Shown: positions 48,806 through 59,237 of the stretch, piece by piece
How positions within the stretch are numbered: position 1 is the first letter of the stretch
Layout: every line of letters starts with the position of its first letter
From: a virus
Direction: 5' to 3' (one strand)
IMG/VR virus record: IMGVR_UViG_3300017917_000693
Span: 7,143-71,142 of that record
DNA: 64,000 bases
The notes under the pieces: generated by a model
The model's input: only the letters and a program-made list of their open reading frames with translations
The model's database searches: none
What the model was told of the DNA's origin: nothing
Position numbers and translations under genes: made by a program

Positions 48806-51800
48806 TTAAATCTGGTTGATTTGCGCCAATGTAATAGCACCAATCACCTGTACATTATCTACTGTAGCACTGCTAATAATGATTTCATTGAATTCAGCGT
48901 TGATCTGTAACAGGCTACCAAACACACTGGATTCACTGGCAGGAACAATAGTAATACTTGCAATATTTGGTGCTAATACCTGGTGTAGATAGGCACTTAA
49001 TTCACTGAAGTAGAATGTTTCGCCAAAGTCCCAATTGGCCACATCAAAGTAATCGTTAATAGCAGCAATAACGCTAGTCTTGACATCATTGTCGCTGATA
49101 ATAACACTAGGATTTTTAACTACTTTGAATGTAGCCTGAAGACTAGCTTCTGCTTTGTCGCCAAATATAGGTTTAAATTTAGCAGGGTTGTAAATTAGTG
49201 TATCTGAAATACTCTTGTATTTGTCTAGTGCGGCAAACTCCAGTGACAATGCTTCGCCTGTGGGGGCCACTGGCTCAGTTAATTTGCCTGAAGTATCGCG
49301 AATCCATGCAACATAGTCTGTAGCGTACTGATTAGTTAGTAGGTACAGGTCAATAATATTGTTTGGACTTGGGTCAATACGTCTAGAGTTAGGACTGTTA
49401 TGACGATATTGGAAATATAGATCCTGACGTCCTAGTTTTGCTGTGTATCCGGCAACTTCTGCCACGGTATATATATCACCATTTACAGTCAATTGATAGA
49501 ATTTATCCAGATCTGGAATGTAGAATAATTGTCCATTTCTGTACAGAGTCTTGTCATCTTCAATCTGTAACAATGTAGTATAAGTAGAAATTACCAACTC
49601 GTTACTAACTGGGGTTTGTACTACAAAATTATCATATCCTGCGGTAGCCTGGAAGTAAACATATTTTGCCGGAGTGTTAATTGCAGGGTTTACAATCAAG
49701 TCAAACAATTCAGGATTATCAGGAATACCGTCATTGTCGTTGTCTGGGAAAGTAACAAGAATTTTACTTGGGTTACTGTATCCATCAGACTCAACAATGT
49801 TTTTATAGATATACCAGGTATAGTCTAGTGCTAGTGGTTCATTGCTATCTGGCTCGGTGTTAACTTTTAAAATTTTAATTTGGTCTGTGATTGTCAGACC
49901 AGTCTTGGCATCATATACTTTAGTAGCTTCATCAAAATAGAAGTTAGTTTCAATAACACTTTGGAAAATATATTCAAGACCACGGTAGGTTACTGTATAG
50001 GTTTCACCTACTGTTCTGAAATAAATTAACCAGCTTTGATCTAGTGCAGCACCACTGGTGTTTCCGGCAAAGGCTAGACTAAAGTCTCCGGTGTTGAGAT
50101 CCTGCGGTCTAATAATTTCCCAGGTGCTGGTTTCTACATCGTAGCGTAGTCCAAAGTCCTCAAACGCTTCAATATAAGACACTGCTGTTTCAACCAAGGT
50201 AGTTGAAAAACTATTATTAAACACAGCAAATACTTCTACTGCTATAGCATCAGTAGGAACAGTTTGATTTAATGTAACAGGACCTGAACCATTGGCCAGG
50301 TTACCTTGTCCGTTGTTGGTACCATCAGATAACACATTTTCTACTGCGGCATAAAGGAAAAGTTTGTCACCACTTTGACTTGGAGTGCCTGCTAGAATTT
50401 GATTTCTGCTGTCAAAATAATTGCCGGTACCTGCTGAGAATTTTACAATAGCACCAGCTTTGATATATTTGTTATTATTGTTAATAATATCACCAATCTG
50501 CAGAATCTTGCCTGTGTCATCATAGAAATATCCAGTACTACCATTGGCAATCAATGAGCTTTGATTCCAGTAAACATTTGTCAATGAAATCTTAGGATAG
50601 AAAGTATAAAAGAACTGCAGCATTTCTTTGCTGGTTACTAACGGAGCAACACGATTATAGATAACGCGATAGATATCATTTCTGGTTAGATATTCAAAAC
50701 TAAATGTGCGCTCAAATGTATCTCTGTAAAGATAACCATCACTACAGAAAATATTTGTTGATGAATACTTACCAGTGGTATCAATAACGTCTAGGTAACG
50801 ACTCACGCCAGAACTAGTACGATTAACAGCTTTAACTTTTAATACATTACTAAACAGTGTATAGGGCAAGATGTTATAGTCTTCGCCTGTGACCATACGG
50901 TCTTGTGTGTAGTATTGCTGTGGTGCTTTTTGTCTAATGTCTTCCACTGTTTCACGACTGCTAGCATTGGCTACTGTGTACTGTAGGCTAGCAGTAATAT
51001 TAATAGTTTCAACGCGGCCACTGCGGCTGGTATAATTAATTGGAACAATTATACTCTGCATTTCGTTAGGTGTAATTTTGTAGTCAAGACCGTTGCTGAC
51101 ACGATAGTACAAACGGAAGGTACCCTGCGGTACGTTAGCAAAGCTACCGTCACCAAAGATCAAATCAATCTGGTCGCCAGCACGTGTGTTAACTTGGTAG
51201 ACGTTTTTATTAGTTGACTTATTATAGATAATATTTGTTACACCAACAGCTGGTACCTGTTCCCACAAAGTGCCCAGTGTACCGTTGCTGTTTAAACTGT
51301 ATAGCCAGATGTCATTGTTGTTAATGTTATTAACATTTACATTGTATACACGGTTAGGAATACTTTCAGCAAAATTAAAATCTACAGACTTTAATTCGCC
51401 TTGTTTAAAGTACAGGAAGAAACCAGTGTTAGTACTACTGTTGCCCAGATTGTCATTTTTATACAGTAGATTAAAACTTTGATTAGGACGAGGGTCAACT
51501 TCGTATAGATATGACTCGCCAAAGCTAGTAGGACTCACAACTTCAAAGGCCATTTGAGCACCTTCGATAATGCTGTTATATCTATAGGTGGCAATAATAT
51601 TTGGTACTAGATTAATTTGATATTCGTTGGTTAATATGCCATTTAAAATTTGACTGTTACTGGGTTTACCAATTACTTGATTATCTTTTAGGGCAGCATT
51701 TAACACTGCGTTGAATTGTTCAAGCCAGTTATCGTTACCTGCGTCAGCCCAGCTAATTAATAGACCTGCTAGGTTTTGACCGTTGCTGTCGAATACGGTT

Positions 51801-52180
51801 TCAGTTGTACTTACGCTGTCAACTTTTAGGTATCCGTTGGCAGGAATGTTACGTTTAGGAGTGTAGCTAATTAGTCGTGCTAGTTTAAAAATACTGTCAC
51901 GACGCTGTGCAGTATCAATATAGTTTTCACGAGCATTTAGGTCAGTACGGAATGCAAGACTCTGCCCCATAAAAGCAATTAAATCAATTAACGCAATAAA
52001 TTCACTGCTTTCTGTGAAGTCGTTAAAATCTTCTGGGTAGTAGGTACGTAAATAGTCGATCATCGACTTACGTAGAGTTTCATAGTCGTAGCTTTGAAAG
52101 TCCGCATTACGGAATGTTTGATAGATCTTAGTCCAATCTTCCGCTACTAATAAACTGGTTTGTCTTGTGGTAATAGCCAT
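48806..52180 (-). CDS. baseplate wedge protein, T4 gp6-like
   Basis: DYETLRKSMIDYLR...DF.ESSE...LID...ENYIDTA.RR; FGDG; E.VEDIRQKAP..Y.TQDRMVT.EDY. Confidence 0.85.
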   Translation of the reverse strand: MAITTRQTSLLVAEDWTKIYQTFRNADFQSYDYETLRKSMIDYLRTYYPEDFNDFTESSEFIALIDLIAFMGQSLAFRTDLNARENYIDTAQRRDSIFKLARLISYTPKRNIPANGYLKVDSVSTTETVFDSNGQNLAGLLISWADAGNDNWLEQFNAVLNAALKDNQVIGKPSNSQILNGILTNEYQINLVPNIIATYRYNSIIEGAQMAFEVVSPTSFGESYLYEVDPRPNQSFNLLYKNDNLGNSSTNTGFFLYFKQGELKSVDFNFAESIPNRVYNVNVNNINNNDIWLYSLNSNGTLGTLWEQVPAVGVTNIIYNKSTNKNVYQVNTRAGDQIDLIFGDGSFANVPQGTFRLYYRVSNGLDYKITPNEMQSIIVPINYTSRSGRVETINITASLQYTVANASSRETVEDIRQKAPQQYYTQDRMVTGEDYNILPYTLFSNVLKVKAVNRTSSGVSRYLDVIDTTGKYSSTNIFCSDGYLYRDTFERTFSFEYLTRNDIYRVIYNRVAPLVTSKEMLQFFYTFYPKISLTNVYWNQSSLIANGSTGYFYDDTGKILQIGDIINNNNKYIKAGAIVKFSAGTGNYFDSRNQILAGTPSQSGDKLFLYAAVENVLSDGTNNGQGNLANGSGPVTLNQTVPTDAIAVEVFAVFNNSFSTTLVETAVSYIEAFEDFGLRYDVETSTWEIIRPQDLNTGDFSLAFAGNTSGAALDQSWLIYFRTVGETYTVTYRGLEYIFQSVIETNFYFDEATKVYDAKTGLTITDQIKILKVNTEPDSNEPLALDYTWYIYKNIVESDGYSNPSKILVTFPDNDNDGIPDNPELFDLIVNPAINTPAKYVYFQATAGYDNFVVQTPVSNELVISTYTTLLQIEDDKTLYRNGQLFYIPDLDKFYQLTVNGDIYTVAEVAGYTAKLGRQDLYFQYRHNSPNSRRIDPSPNNIIDLYLLTNQYATDYVAWIRDTSGKLTEPVAPTGEALSLEFAALDKYKSISDTLIYNPAKFKPIFGDKAEASLQATFKVVKNPSVIISDNDVKTSVIAAINDYFDVANWDFGETFYFSELSAYLHQVLAPNIASITIVPASESSVFGSLLQINAEFNEIIISSATVDNVQVIGAITLAQINQI

Positions 52181-52231
52181 ACTGATTTCCTGTTATAATG
52201 TATTTATTTTAGGAAAAAAGTGGGTATTTAA

Positions 52232-52609
52232 TTAGAGTGATGTTAGAGTTCTTGTCTGCGAATCAAACTGTAGACGCATGGTTGTTGACTGATTTGTCTG
52301 TACATAGCGCACAGAAATTTCCAACATTATACCATTTTCGTATTCAATGATATTAACGTTGTCAACACTGATTCTAGGATCGTAGCTGATAATAGCATTT
52401 ACATCAGCTATAATTGCACTTTTAAGTTCTTCAGTAAGTTGATCGTAGATTACGTTCCAAATAATAGTGCCAAAATTTGGGTTCATTAGTTTTTCGCCTT
52501 TGCGAATACTAAAATGATTCAATAGATCTCGCTTAACTAATTCTTGATCCGTGATACGGAACTTCTTAGTTCTGTCTACTGTACTAAATCCACGATAAAA
52601 GGTAACCAT
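52232..52609 (-). CDS. baseplate wedge protein, gp25-like
   Basis: LLNHF.IRKGEK.MNP.FG...YDPRI motif; lies between the gp5-like and gp6-like genes. Confidence 0.88.
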   Translation of the reverse strand: MVTFYRGFSTVDRTKKFRITDQELVKRDLLNHFSIRKGEKLMNPNFGTIIWNVIYDQLTEELKSAIIADVNAIISYDPRISVDNVNIIEYENGIMLEISVRYVQTNQSTTMRLQFDSQTRTLTSL

Positions 52610-52617
52610 AAAAATAT

Positions 52618-54708
52618 TTATCCAGCGTTAATCGCACTAACTTTAGGAGCCATCTGACTGATAGCATACTTTCCACGTTGGAAATACTCTGCATAAGGAT
52701 TTCCGTTTTTGTCTACGTCAGGTAACTTACCTTCGCGCCACTGTTTAGCATTACCGGCGCCAAACCACGATACCTGTAGTAGACCTCCAACATCTTCAGG
52801 TGTATCTTTTTGTGTGATCACACCGTCTTTGACCAATTGATTATAATTGCGTTGCATGTATTCAAGGCCCATTTTTTCCTGCACATCAGTGGCCGCATAG
52901 TAATCATCAACGCTGTCTAGTCCATCTTTACCTGTCCAGCTATTTGGATTAGACAGTTGACTATTACTCGACACACTGCTTTTAACATAGCCCATGTCAA
53001 TTAATGCCTGATAACCAAATTGATACTTGCCCACATAGCCTAGATCATTTTTAGCTTTATATGGCTCAGCTTCACCGCCGCTTTCACTGCGCCCTAACTG
53101 TGCCATTAGTGCTGTAGTTTGATCTTTAGTTAAGGTACCTACAGTAGTTGATGCTTCTGGTTGACTACGTATATCATCTTCAGTGACTTTATTGCTGCTG
53201 GCTGTACCAGCCATGCGTTTAGTAGAATCACCTGCGCCAGTGTAGGCCGACTGTGGTTTAATTTTTCCGCCAGGTTGTTCAGGAGCAGGTGGTGATAGTT
53301 CGCGCAGATAAAACGGCTCATGTCCAGGTGCAATACTTACAATACTACTAATTTTTCCTGGGTTTACTTTCCACAGACCTGACCCAGCATCTTCTAGGGT
53401 GTCAGGTAGAGAATTAACTCTAATTGGCATTAATTTTTTAACTTGATCGCCGGGTATTGTATTGTCATATATTGTGCCAGCTTCTAGGATAATCTTGGGT
53501 CCGGCTTTGAGACTAATTTTACCACCAGAGTCGACTGCCAGTTTATCGCCAGTTTTAATTTCCATTTTAGCATCGGTCTGTAGATTAATTCCACTGCCCG
53601 ACAATAGATTAAACTTATCTGGTGTATCAAATTGAATACGCCCTTCGGCACGTACACTAAACTTACCACCGGCATTGATATTAATGTTTTGGTCGGCGTG
53701 TAAGTTGATACCACCCTTGGTGCGCAGATTCACTCCGTCAGTGCTAAAAATATCTATACGACCGGTTTCGTTAAATTCAATCCAGACCGTACCATCTGCG
53801 TTGGCAATGTACAGTATGTTATCTGAGTCGTGCATCATTATCTGATGTCCACGAGCCGAGCGCAGTCTGACTAGTTGATCGGTTCCGCCGGCGGCACTGC
53901 CATCGTCCATGATAAAGGTATGTCCACCTTTGCGTGATGTAACGGCATAATCGTCCTGCGTCAGCGACCCATCTTTGACTTTTTGTGCAAATGTAGGATC
54001 ATCTGCTGGATCGTTCTTAAATGGCCGCCCAGGAGTACTAATACCAAATACATTACTAGGCGTTTCACGTTGACTGCCACTGGTTATTGTGCCTCGAGTA
54101 TTATCGCGGTCCAGTCCCTGTGTTCGCAGTATACGAAATTGCGGTTCATGAATAGGTTTAGGTAGCTTAGTAAAATTAGTTAGATTTATGTTATCAGCAT
54201 TGATATTGAATTCTGTTACCGGATACTGAAATCCTGGAACTAGAGATCTTTTAATATCTGCACTGGCTGCGGCTGTATCTATTAGAGTTGAACTACTCAA
54301 CCCAGGCATCATTGATCTAGATATGCTGTTGTTTACACAGGCAATATAGTAGCCGCGGTCGGTTTGACCGGCTATGAATACTACAATAACTTCTGTGCCT
54401 ATATCTGGAGACCCAAACCACATACCGTAAGAGTGCGATGCTTGCTCAAAAGTATTTTGTTTATTTTTCTTTCTAAGGTTAGTTGCTCCCATGAAAGGAG
54501 TCGCACAACCTACTGTGGTCCAGTTTTGTGGATCATCTTCGTCGCCGCCAATGTCCGGGATCCAAACCTGAAGTCTACCCATTCTAGCTGGGTCGATGTT
54601 ATTTTTAACTATGCCAATATAAGGGTGTGGATCAATACGTATAGCGTTGCTGTCTTCCTGACGATAAGACTTTTCGACTTTACTGCCTATTCTATGATCG
54701 ATTGCCAT
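52618..54708 (-). CDS. baseplate hub spike, gp5/VgrG-like, with C-terminal lysozyme-like domain
   Basis: OB-fold motifs (GIVKNNIDP.RMGRLQVWIP; P.IG.EV.V.F), beta-helix-like repeats, and C-terminal ESGG...Y...N.LGY.GKYQFG. Confidence 0.8.
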   Translation of the reverse strand: MAIDHRIGSKVEKSYRQEDSNAIRIDPHPYIGIVKNNIDPARMGRLQVWIPDIGGDEDDPQNWTTVGCATPFMGATNLRKKNKQNTFEQASHSYGMWFGSPDIGTEVIVVFIAGQTDRGYYIACVNNSISRSMMPGLSSSTLIDTAAASADIKRSLVPGFQYPVTEFNINADNINLTNFTKLPKPIHEPQFRILRTQGLDRDNTRGTITSGSQRETPSNVFGISTPGRPFKNDPADDPTFAQKVKDGSLTQDDYAVTSRKGGHTFIMDDGSAAGGTDQLVRLRSARGHQIMMHDSDNILYIANADGTVWIEFNETGRIDIFSTDGVNLRTKGGINLHADQNININAGGKFSVRAEGRIQFDTPDKFNLLSGSGINLQTDAKMEIKTGDKLAVDSGGKISLKAGPKIILEAGTIYDNTIPGDQVKKLMPIRVNSLPDTLEDAGSGLWKVNPGKISSIVSIAPGHEPFYLRELSPPAPEQPGGKIKPQSAYTGAGDSTKRMAGTASSNKVTEDDIRSQPEASTTVGTLTKDQTTALMAQLGRSESGGEAEPYKAKNDLGYVGKYQFGYQALIDMGYVKSSVSSNSQLSNPNSWTGKDGLDSVDDYYAATDVQEKMGLEYMQRNYNQLVKDGVITQKDTPEDVGGLLQVSWFGAGNAKQWREGKLPDVDKNGNPYAEYFQRGKYAISQMAPKVSAINAG

Positions 54709-54720
54709 GATGTTTCCTTG

Positions 54721-57663
54721 TTATTGAACTGCATTCTGCCCAGGTACTTGATTACCACGAACACTAATTGGTGTGAAGTTGGGCGACTGCGATGGAATGT
54801 TGTAAGTTCCTGTGCTAGCATCAAATGTTGCGCCTTGAATAGCGTCTTGGAACGGAAGACGATTACCTGTGTCTGCTGGGGGTATCGGTCCGGTATTATT
54901 TGGTATATTAGCCACATCTGCGTTAGCAGGAGTTGACGGTGCAGGAATTACGCTAACTGGAGGGCTAGTCTGCGTACCTTGATCTGTCCAGCCTGCTGTT
55001 TCGTTGCGCTCATTGTTGCCTTTATTCTTTTCTCCATCATCTTGATTGGGCAATCTAATCAGATGTAGTGTCTGCGTAAATCTACCATTTTCAAAATTAT
55101 TCATTACTGTTAATACTCTGTAAAATCCACTGAATCCACTGGCTTTATATCGAGTATCAAATTTCATTAATCCATTGGTGTCATCAATGTCTGTAGGGGT
55201 TTTAAATTCTAATAGAACTATAACATCTTGTGTGTCACTGACAATACTACCATTGGGCGTCACGTAACGTGTAGCGATTTCTATTTCGCCATTGGCGTTA
55301 AATGCAGGTTTGTAAAAAATATCATCTTGTTTAATAAAATCGGGGTCACCAATGATTTTTAAATCCACTGATAACATATCAGCCTGCGCCATACTAGCTA
55401 AACTTGCAGACAAGTCGGCAGCGGCAATTTCCTGCGCTGTTTTAGATCCACCAGCAGATATGTGTCGTTTGTCTGTGTGTCGATACTTAATCTGGTTAGG
55501 TGTAATTGTTTTTGCTGCAGGCGGCGCAACATCACATGTGCCGTCACCATTTGCAGTAACATTATTATAATAACCATCAACTCCGTAGACTCTCATGAGA
55601 TTTGATCTATACGTAGTCTTGGTTGTATAGTACATAGCATTTAATTCAATATTGAGATCTAATATATCGTCGTTTTCGCCGGTGTAGATATACTGATACA
55701 GTTTTACAGCATCTTCAATACGTGCTTTGCCTTGAGGCGCTTCATCAAACCTTACGTTACGAATTTCATAAGGCACAACATTGTAGGTAATTTCTTTAGC
55801 AAAGCTATTAGTGAAAGGATCAAATCCAATCAATTTAATACTAGGTATAATCTTAATCCACTCCAGTGGTTTATTTTTGTTACTGTCGCGCTCGTTTACA
55901 TACTGCTCTTCTGTTTTATAATCACGAGTCTTCATTTGTTCAACAATATATTGACTATTCTTGACCATATGATGTATAACACTTTCAATTGAAGAACCTT
56001 GTCTAATAGGGAACTTACGCTGTTTTAGATTTAATGCAGCACTGGCCGCACCTTGATTACCAGCGATCACACTTGAATATGTTGATACATCTGCCATTTT
56101 TAATTCGTTAGGACTTACTGATTTTTCATCAGCAAACAGCGGAGAGTTACCAATTCTTGTATCAAATTTAAAATCGTAACGATCGCTGACTAGTACTACC
56201 TGACTTATCTGTTGCTGAATTTTATATGCGTTTAGTGCATCAGCATAGCTTCTGGCAGTGTACACTTGATCTTTACTAAATTCTTTGTTAAACTCGGCAA
56301 TTCTAGTAGGACTAAACAATGCTGTTGGTGCCGGAGTTTCCTGGCCATCGGGTCCTATAATTACTCCACGCTGTGTTCTTTCTCCACCGGCATCATTGAT
56401 TTGTTGTGCTAAATCATTGGCGCCAGTTAAGGTTGCTTTAAAGAAACCATTGACTGTGCCAGCAGTAATTTCTAAGTTAATTGGAGTACTGATTATAGAT
56501 TCAGTAAAGGCCTGGTGATTAAAAGGCATTGCCGAAACTTTGTATTCTGCTCCATTGGCGCCCATTTTAATATCCATCGACAAGATTTTAATTGGTATAC
56601 GTTTAGTGATGTTTGGAATAGGCTGTTGTATATTACCTGCATCATCTGTGCCAAAGAAATCAATTTGTAATAGATAGGGATTTTCTAGATAGTTTGTAGA
56701 AAACACTGCCTCACTGGCATTAAGCAAACGATCTAATAGAGTTAGTCCGTAGGGCTCAATGATAGTAAAGTCAATATCAATGGCATTAGTGGATCTATTG
56801 TGTTCACCCATGCCAATGACCGTGGTCATGTTTAAATTAGAAAAATAAAAATCGTCGCTGAATTCAGGATTTCTTGCAAACGCCGATGTTCCTGAAACAA
56901 TTTCGTTATAACGACCGGCACTGGCTATTAGTACATTTTTTGGACTGTATGTGCCAGTATCTACAATTTGATTATAATCTTCAATGGTTAAAAGATGTAA
57001 ACTTAAACCATAGGTGTAACTAGCATAGGAATGTAGCACATTGGGTCTGAACCCTTTGGCTGTTACTTCGGTGGTTTCTAAAACAACGTTATTGCTACCG
57101 CTTACAGATGGTTCGCTTTTTGTTGGTGTTTGAGCGGTGCCTGCACCGGGTAAACTAAGATTGCGTTGATCTGCGGCAGATAAGTTAACTGGGGCACCAG
57201 TTACGCCAGCAGTGGCTGCTGGCTGTGGAGTTGTAGCCGACGGGGTTGTTTGGTTAACTTGACTAGTGGCTATTTGTAAATTTCGATTATTGGCTAATCT
57301 GTCAATCTCCATCTTTTTGCTTTTACGCACATTACGCAGAGCTTCTGTTTCGGCTACGATCCAATTTTGACTTAGGCCAAATTGTTTTTTAATTTGTCCT
57401 ACTAGGTTGTCTCTGTCCGGACCAGGATCTAGTGCTTCCGCTGAAGCTAGTAGAGGTTGATATTCTTTTTGATCTACGTCCCAGAATTGACGAAGTTTTT
57501 CATTTATGTCATCTCTTTGTTGCGCAAACAGTGCATCAGCATTTGGTTGACCGGCGTCAAACTCTACTGAGTCATTGAATGCCTGTTTTAGATAATAACC
57601 ATAGTTGTCCCAACGTGAGTAGAGATCTGTAAAGTTTTGTTTTACTTCAGCAAATGTTGCCAT
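54721..57663 (-). CDS. baseplate hub protein (gp27-like)
   Basis: N.LH.Y..YTY, IIEPYG, PYLL.IDF.G, I.GDP and SG.Y.V..V...F..G.FTQ.L.L.R motifs; synteny with neighbours. Confidence 0.65.
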   Translation of the reverse strand: MATFAEVKQNFTDLYSRWDNYGYYLKQAFNDSVEFDAGQPNADALFAQQRDDINEKLRQFWDVDQKEYQPLLASAEALDPGPDRDNLVGQIKKQFGLSQNWIVAETEALRNVRKSKKMEIDRLANNRNLQIATSQVNQTTPSATTPQPAATAGVTGAPVNLSAADQRNLSLPGAGTAQTPTKSEPSVSGSNNVVLETTEVTAKGFRPNVLHSYASYTYGLSLHLLTIEDYNQIVDTGTYSPKNVLIASAGRYNEIVSGTSAFARNPEFSDDFYFSNLNMTTVIGMGEHNRSTNAIDIDFTIIEPYGLTLLDRLLNASEAVFSTNYLENPYLLQIDFFGTDDAGNIQQPIPNITKRIPIKILSMDIKMGANGAEYKVSAMPFNHQAFTESIISTPINLEITAGTVNGFFKATLTGANDLAQQINDAGGERTQRGVIIGPDGQETPAPTALFSPTRIAEFNKEFSKDQVYTARSYADALNAYKIQQQISQVVLVSDRYDFKFDTRIGNSPLFADEKSVSPNELKMADVSTYSSVIAGNQGAASAALNLKQRKFPIRQGSSIESVIHHMVKNSQYIVEQMKTRDYKTEEQYVNERDSNKNKPLEWIKIIPSIKLIGFDPFTNSFAKEITYNVVPYEIRNVRFDEAPQGKARIEDAVKLYQYIYTGENDDILDLNIELNAMYYTTKTTYRSNLMRVYGVDGYYNNVTANGDGTCDVAPPAAKTITPNQIKYRHTDKRHISAGGSKTAQEIAAADLSASLASMAQADMLSVDLKIIGDPDFIKQDDIFYKPAFNANGEIEIATRYVTPNGSIVSDTQDVIVLLEFKTPTDIDDTNGLMKFDTRYKASGFSGFYRVLTVMNNFENGRFTQTLHLIRLPNQDDGEKNKGNNERNETAGWTDQGTQTSPPVSVIPAPSTPANADVANIPNNTGPIPPADTGNRLPFQDAIQGATFDASTGTYNIPSQSPNFTPISVRGNQVPGQNAVQ

Positions 57664-57666
57664 TGA

Positions 57667-57975
57667 TTATAGTCCCAAGGCTGTGACAATAACATCCTTT
57701 TTAGGAATGTAGATAATTGTACCTGCGCGAAAATCAAATATTGGGTCTTGCAGTACATTAGGGTTACGAACAGCAAATACCCACCATAGACTACTGTCGC
57801 TGTACAGGTCGTTGGCCAGTAGGTCGGGTCTGTTCTCATAGACCGCGTCAATTTGATATACTACATCTGCAGGATCTTTAGGTAGGTCTCTGTACTCTAG
57901 AACGTCTAAAAAATTACCAAACAATTTTGTTCCATGGTACGGACTAGTTTTACTATATTTTGATGTCACTGCCAT
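57667..57975 (-). CDS. baseplate wedge protein, gp53/LysM-like
   Basis: RPDLLA.DLY....LWWVFA.RN...DPIFDF..G..IYIP motif. Confidence 0.8.
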   Translation of the reverse strand: MAVTSKYSKTSPYHGTKLFGNFLDVLEYRDLPKDPADVVYQIDAVYENRPDLLANDLYSDSSLWWVFAVRNPNVLQDPIFDFRAGTIIYIPKKDVIVTALGL

Positions 57976-59162
57976 TATAGGAAGCTCCCACTACCGTTGA
58001 TAAGTTTACCAGCGGCAAAATCTTCAAGATTGAATCGTTCATGTAGTCCACGTCGACTATAAACCGGGCGTAAAGAAATACTTAGAGTACTAGCCGATGG
58101 CAATCGTGTTGTTCTGCTAGTCGACGATGTATTATAAGAATATGATGTAGTTGATGCAGCCGCCTGTCTTGCAGCTAACGCTTCTTGATTAACTACTGTA
58201 GCATTAAAGTTAGGAGCAAATACTTCGCCGTTTGGACCTGTAATACTAGTAGTTCTTGCGTCTACTCCTTGTACTGGTGCTACTGCGGTTTTACGAGTTT
58301 CGACTAAAGTTGTTGTTGTTTCTGTTATTGGGATTTCTACATAGTCTACTTCGTTGGGCAGAGTATGGTTAAAAGATGTAACTACGCAAGGAACACCGGG
58401 GAAGTAGTAGTCACCGTAACCGTGTAGGTATACTATTGGCGGAGGATTGCCTGCGCCCATACCCGTTTGCTTGTCAAATCCAAAAAACATCTTTGTTGCC
58501 GCACGGAAGAAATAAATTGCTGCTAATAGATATTGTCCCTCACTGGCATCCTGCACAGTAAAGTCACCTGATATACTAATTTCCTGTACTTCACTGCCTT
58601 GGTAGAACTGTTGAGCATAGTTGCTGTGAGTCAACGGCACTGAATTATACATAGCAGTGTGTGTTACGTTTACTGTTGGGGTATAGGGAAATATTACACC
58701 ATTGGTACTGGCCAATGGGGCCATTAATTGATTACTAGTATCTTTGTAAAATATTTTACTACCGTCGTTTAATGCAACACGCACTCGCCAATCATTTGAC
58801 GACGACGACATAGCAGAAGTACCAGAGCCAGCTGGCGTAAAATTAACTGTGGCAGGACCTGCAGGATTTGCACTTACTCCTCCTCCTTCTGGTAGTCCAC
58901 TGGTTTTTTTACGTGCTTCTTCAGAATCCCAACCGCCTGTGCCAGGTCCGTTATCTGCCCAACCACCGGCTGACCAATTTGGCGCACCGTTATATTCAGC
59001 GGTCACCGCTGCCTGACCACCAATGGAATTATAGCTGGTTAGGTATGCGTTTTGGGCGTTAGGGTCGTAACCACCGGCAGTGGCTAGTTTTGGGTCGTAC
59101 CCTCCCCCGCTCTGATTATCGGCCCATCCTCCGGATTCCCAATTTGGTGCAATTACTGGCAT
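57975..59162 (-). CDS. tail tube initiator-like baseplate protein (gp48/gp54-like)
   Basis: IFPYTP.V, PPP.V.L.GYG and VP.VVTSF motifs; first gene of the tail operon. Confidence 0.55.
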   Translation of the reverse strand: MPVIAPNWESGGWADNQSGGGYDPKLATAGGYDPNAQNAYLTSYNSIGGQAAVTAEYNGAPNWSAGGWADNGPGTGGWDSEEARKKTSGLPEGGGVSANPAGPATVNFTPAGSGTSAMSSSSNDWRVRVALNDGSKIFYKDTSNQLMAPLASTNGVIFPYTPTVNVTHTAMYNSVPLTHSNYAQQFYQGSEVQEISISGDFTVQDASEGQYLLAAIYFFRAATKMFFGFDKQTGMGAGNPPPIVYLHGYGDYYFPGVPCVVTSFNHTLPNEVDYVEIPITETTTTLVETRKTAVAPVQGVDARTTSITGPNGEVFAPNFNATVVNQEALAARQAAASTTSYSYNTSSTSRTTRLPSASTLSISLRPVYSRRGLHERFNLEDFAAGKLINGSGSFL

Positions 59163-59181
59163 ATAAATATCCTTAAATCTC

Positions 59182-59211
59182 TTGCTTTTTATTATTTATA
59201 GGCTGTATAAT
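59182..59211 (+). promoter_or_regulatory. sigma70-type promoter for the late sigma gene
   Basis: TTGCTT (59182-59187), 18-nt spacer, TATAAT (59206-59211); AAGGA RBS before GTG 59238. Confidence 0.65.
59193..59200 (-). promoter_or_regulatory. T4-type late promoter TATAAATA for the tail operon
   Basis: Exact TATAAATA on the minus strand, about 30 nt before ATG 59162. Related TAAATA motifs precede other structural genes (52615-52620, 52201-52206, 48794-48799, 33228-33233, 31140-31145). Confidence 0.75.
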
Positions 59212-59237
59212 AGTAGTAGTTAAAAGGAATCTGTCAG

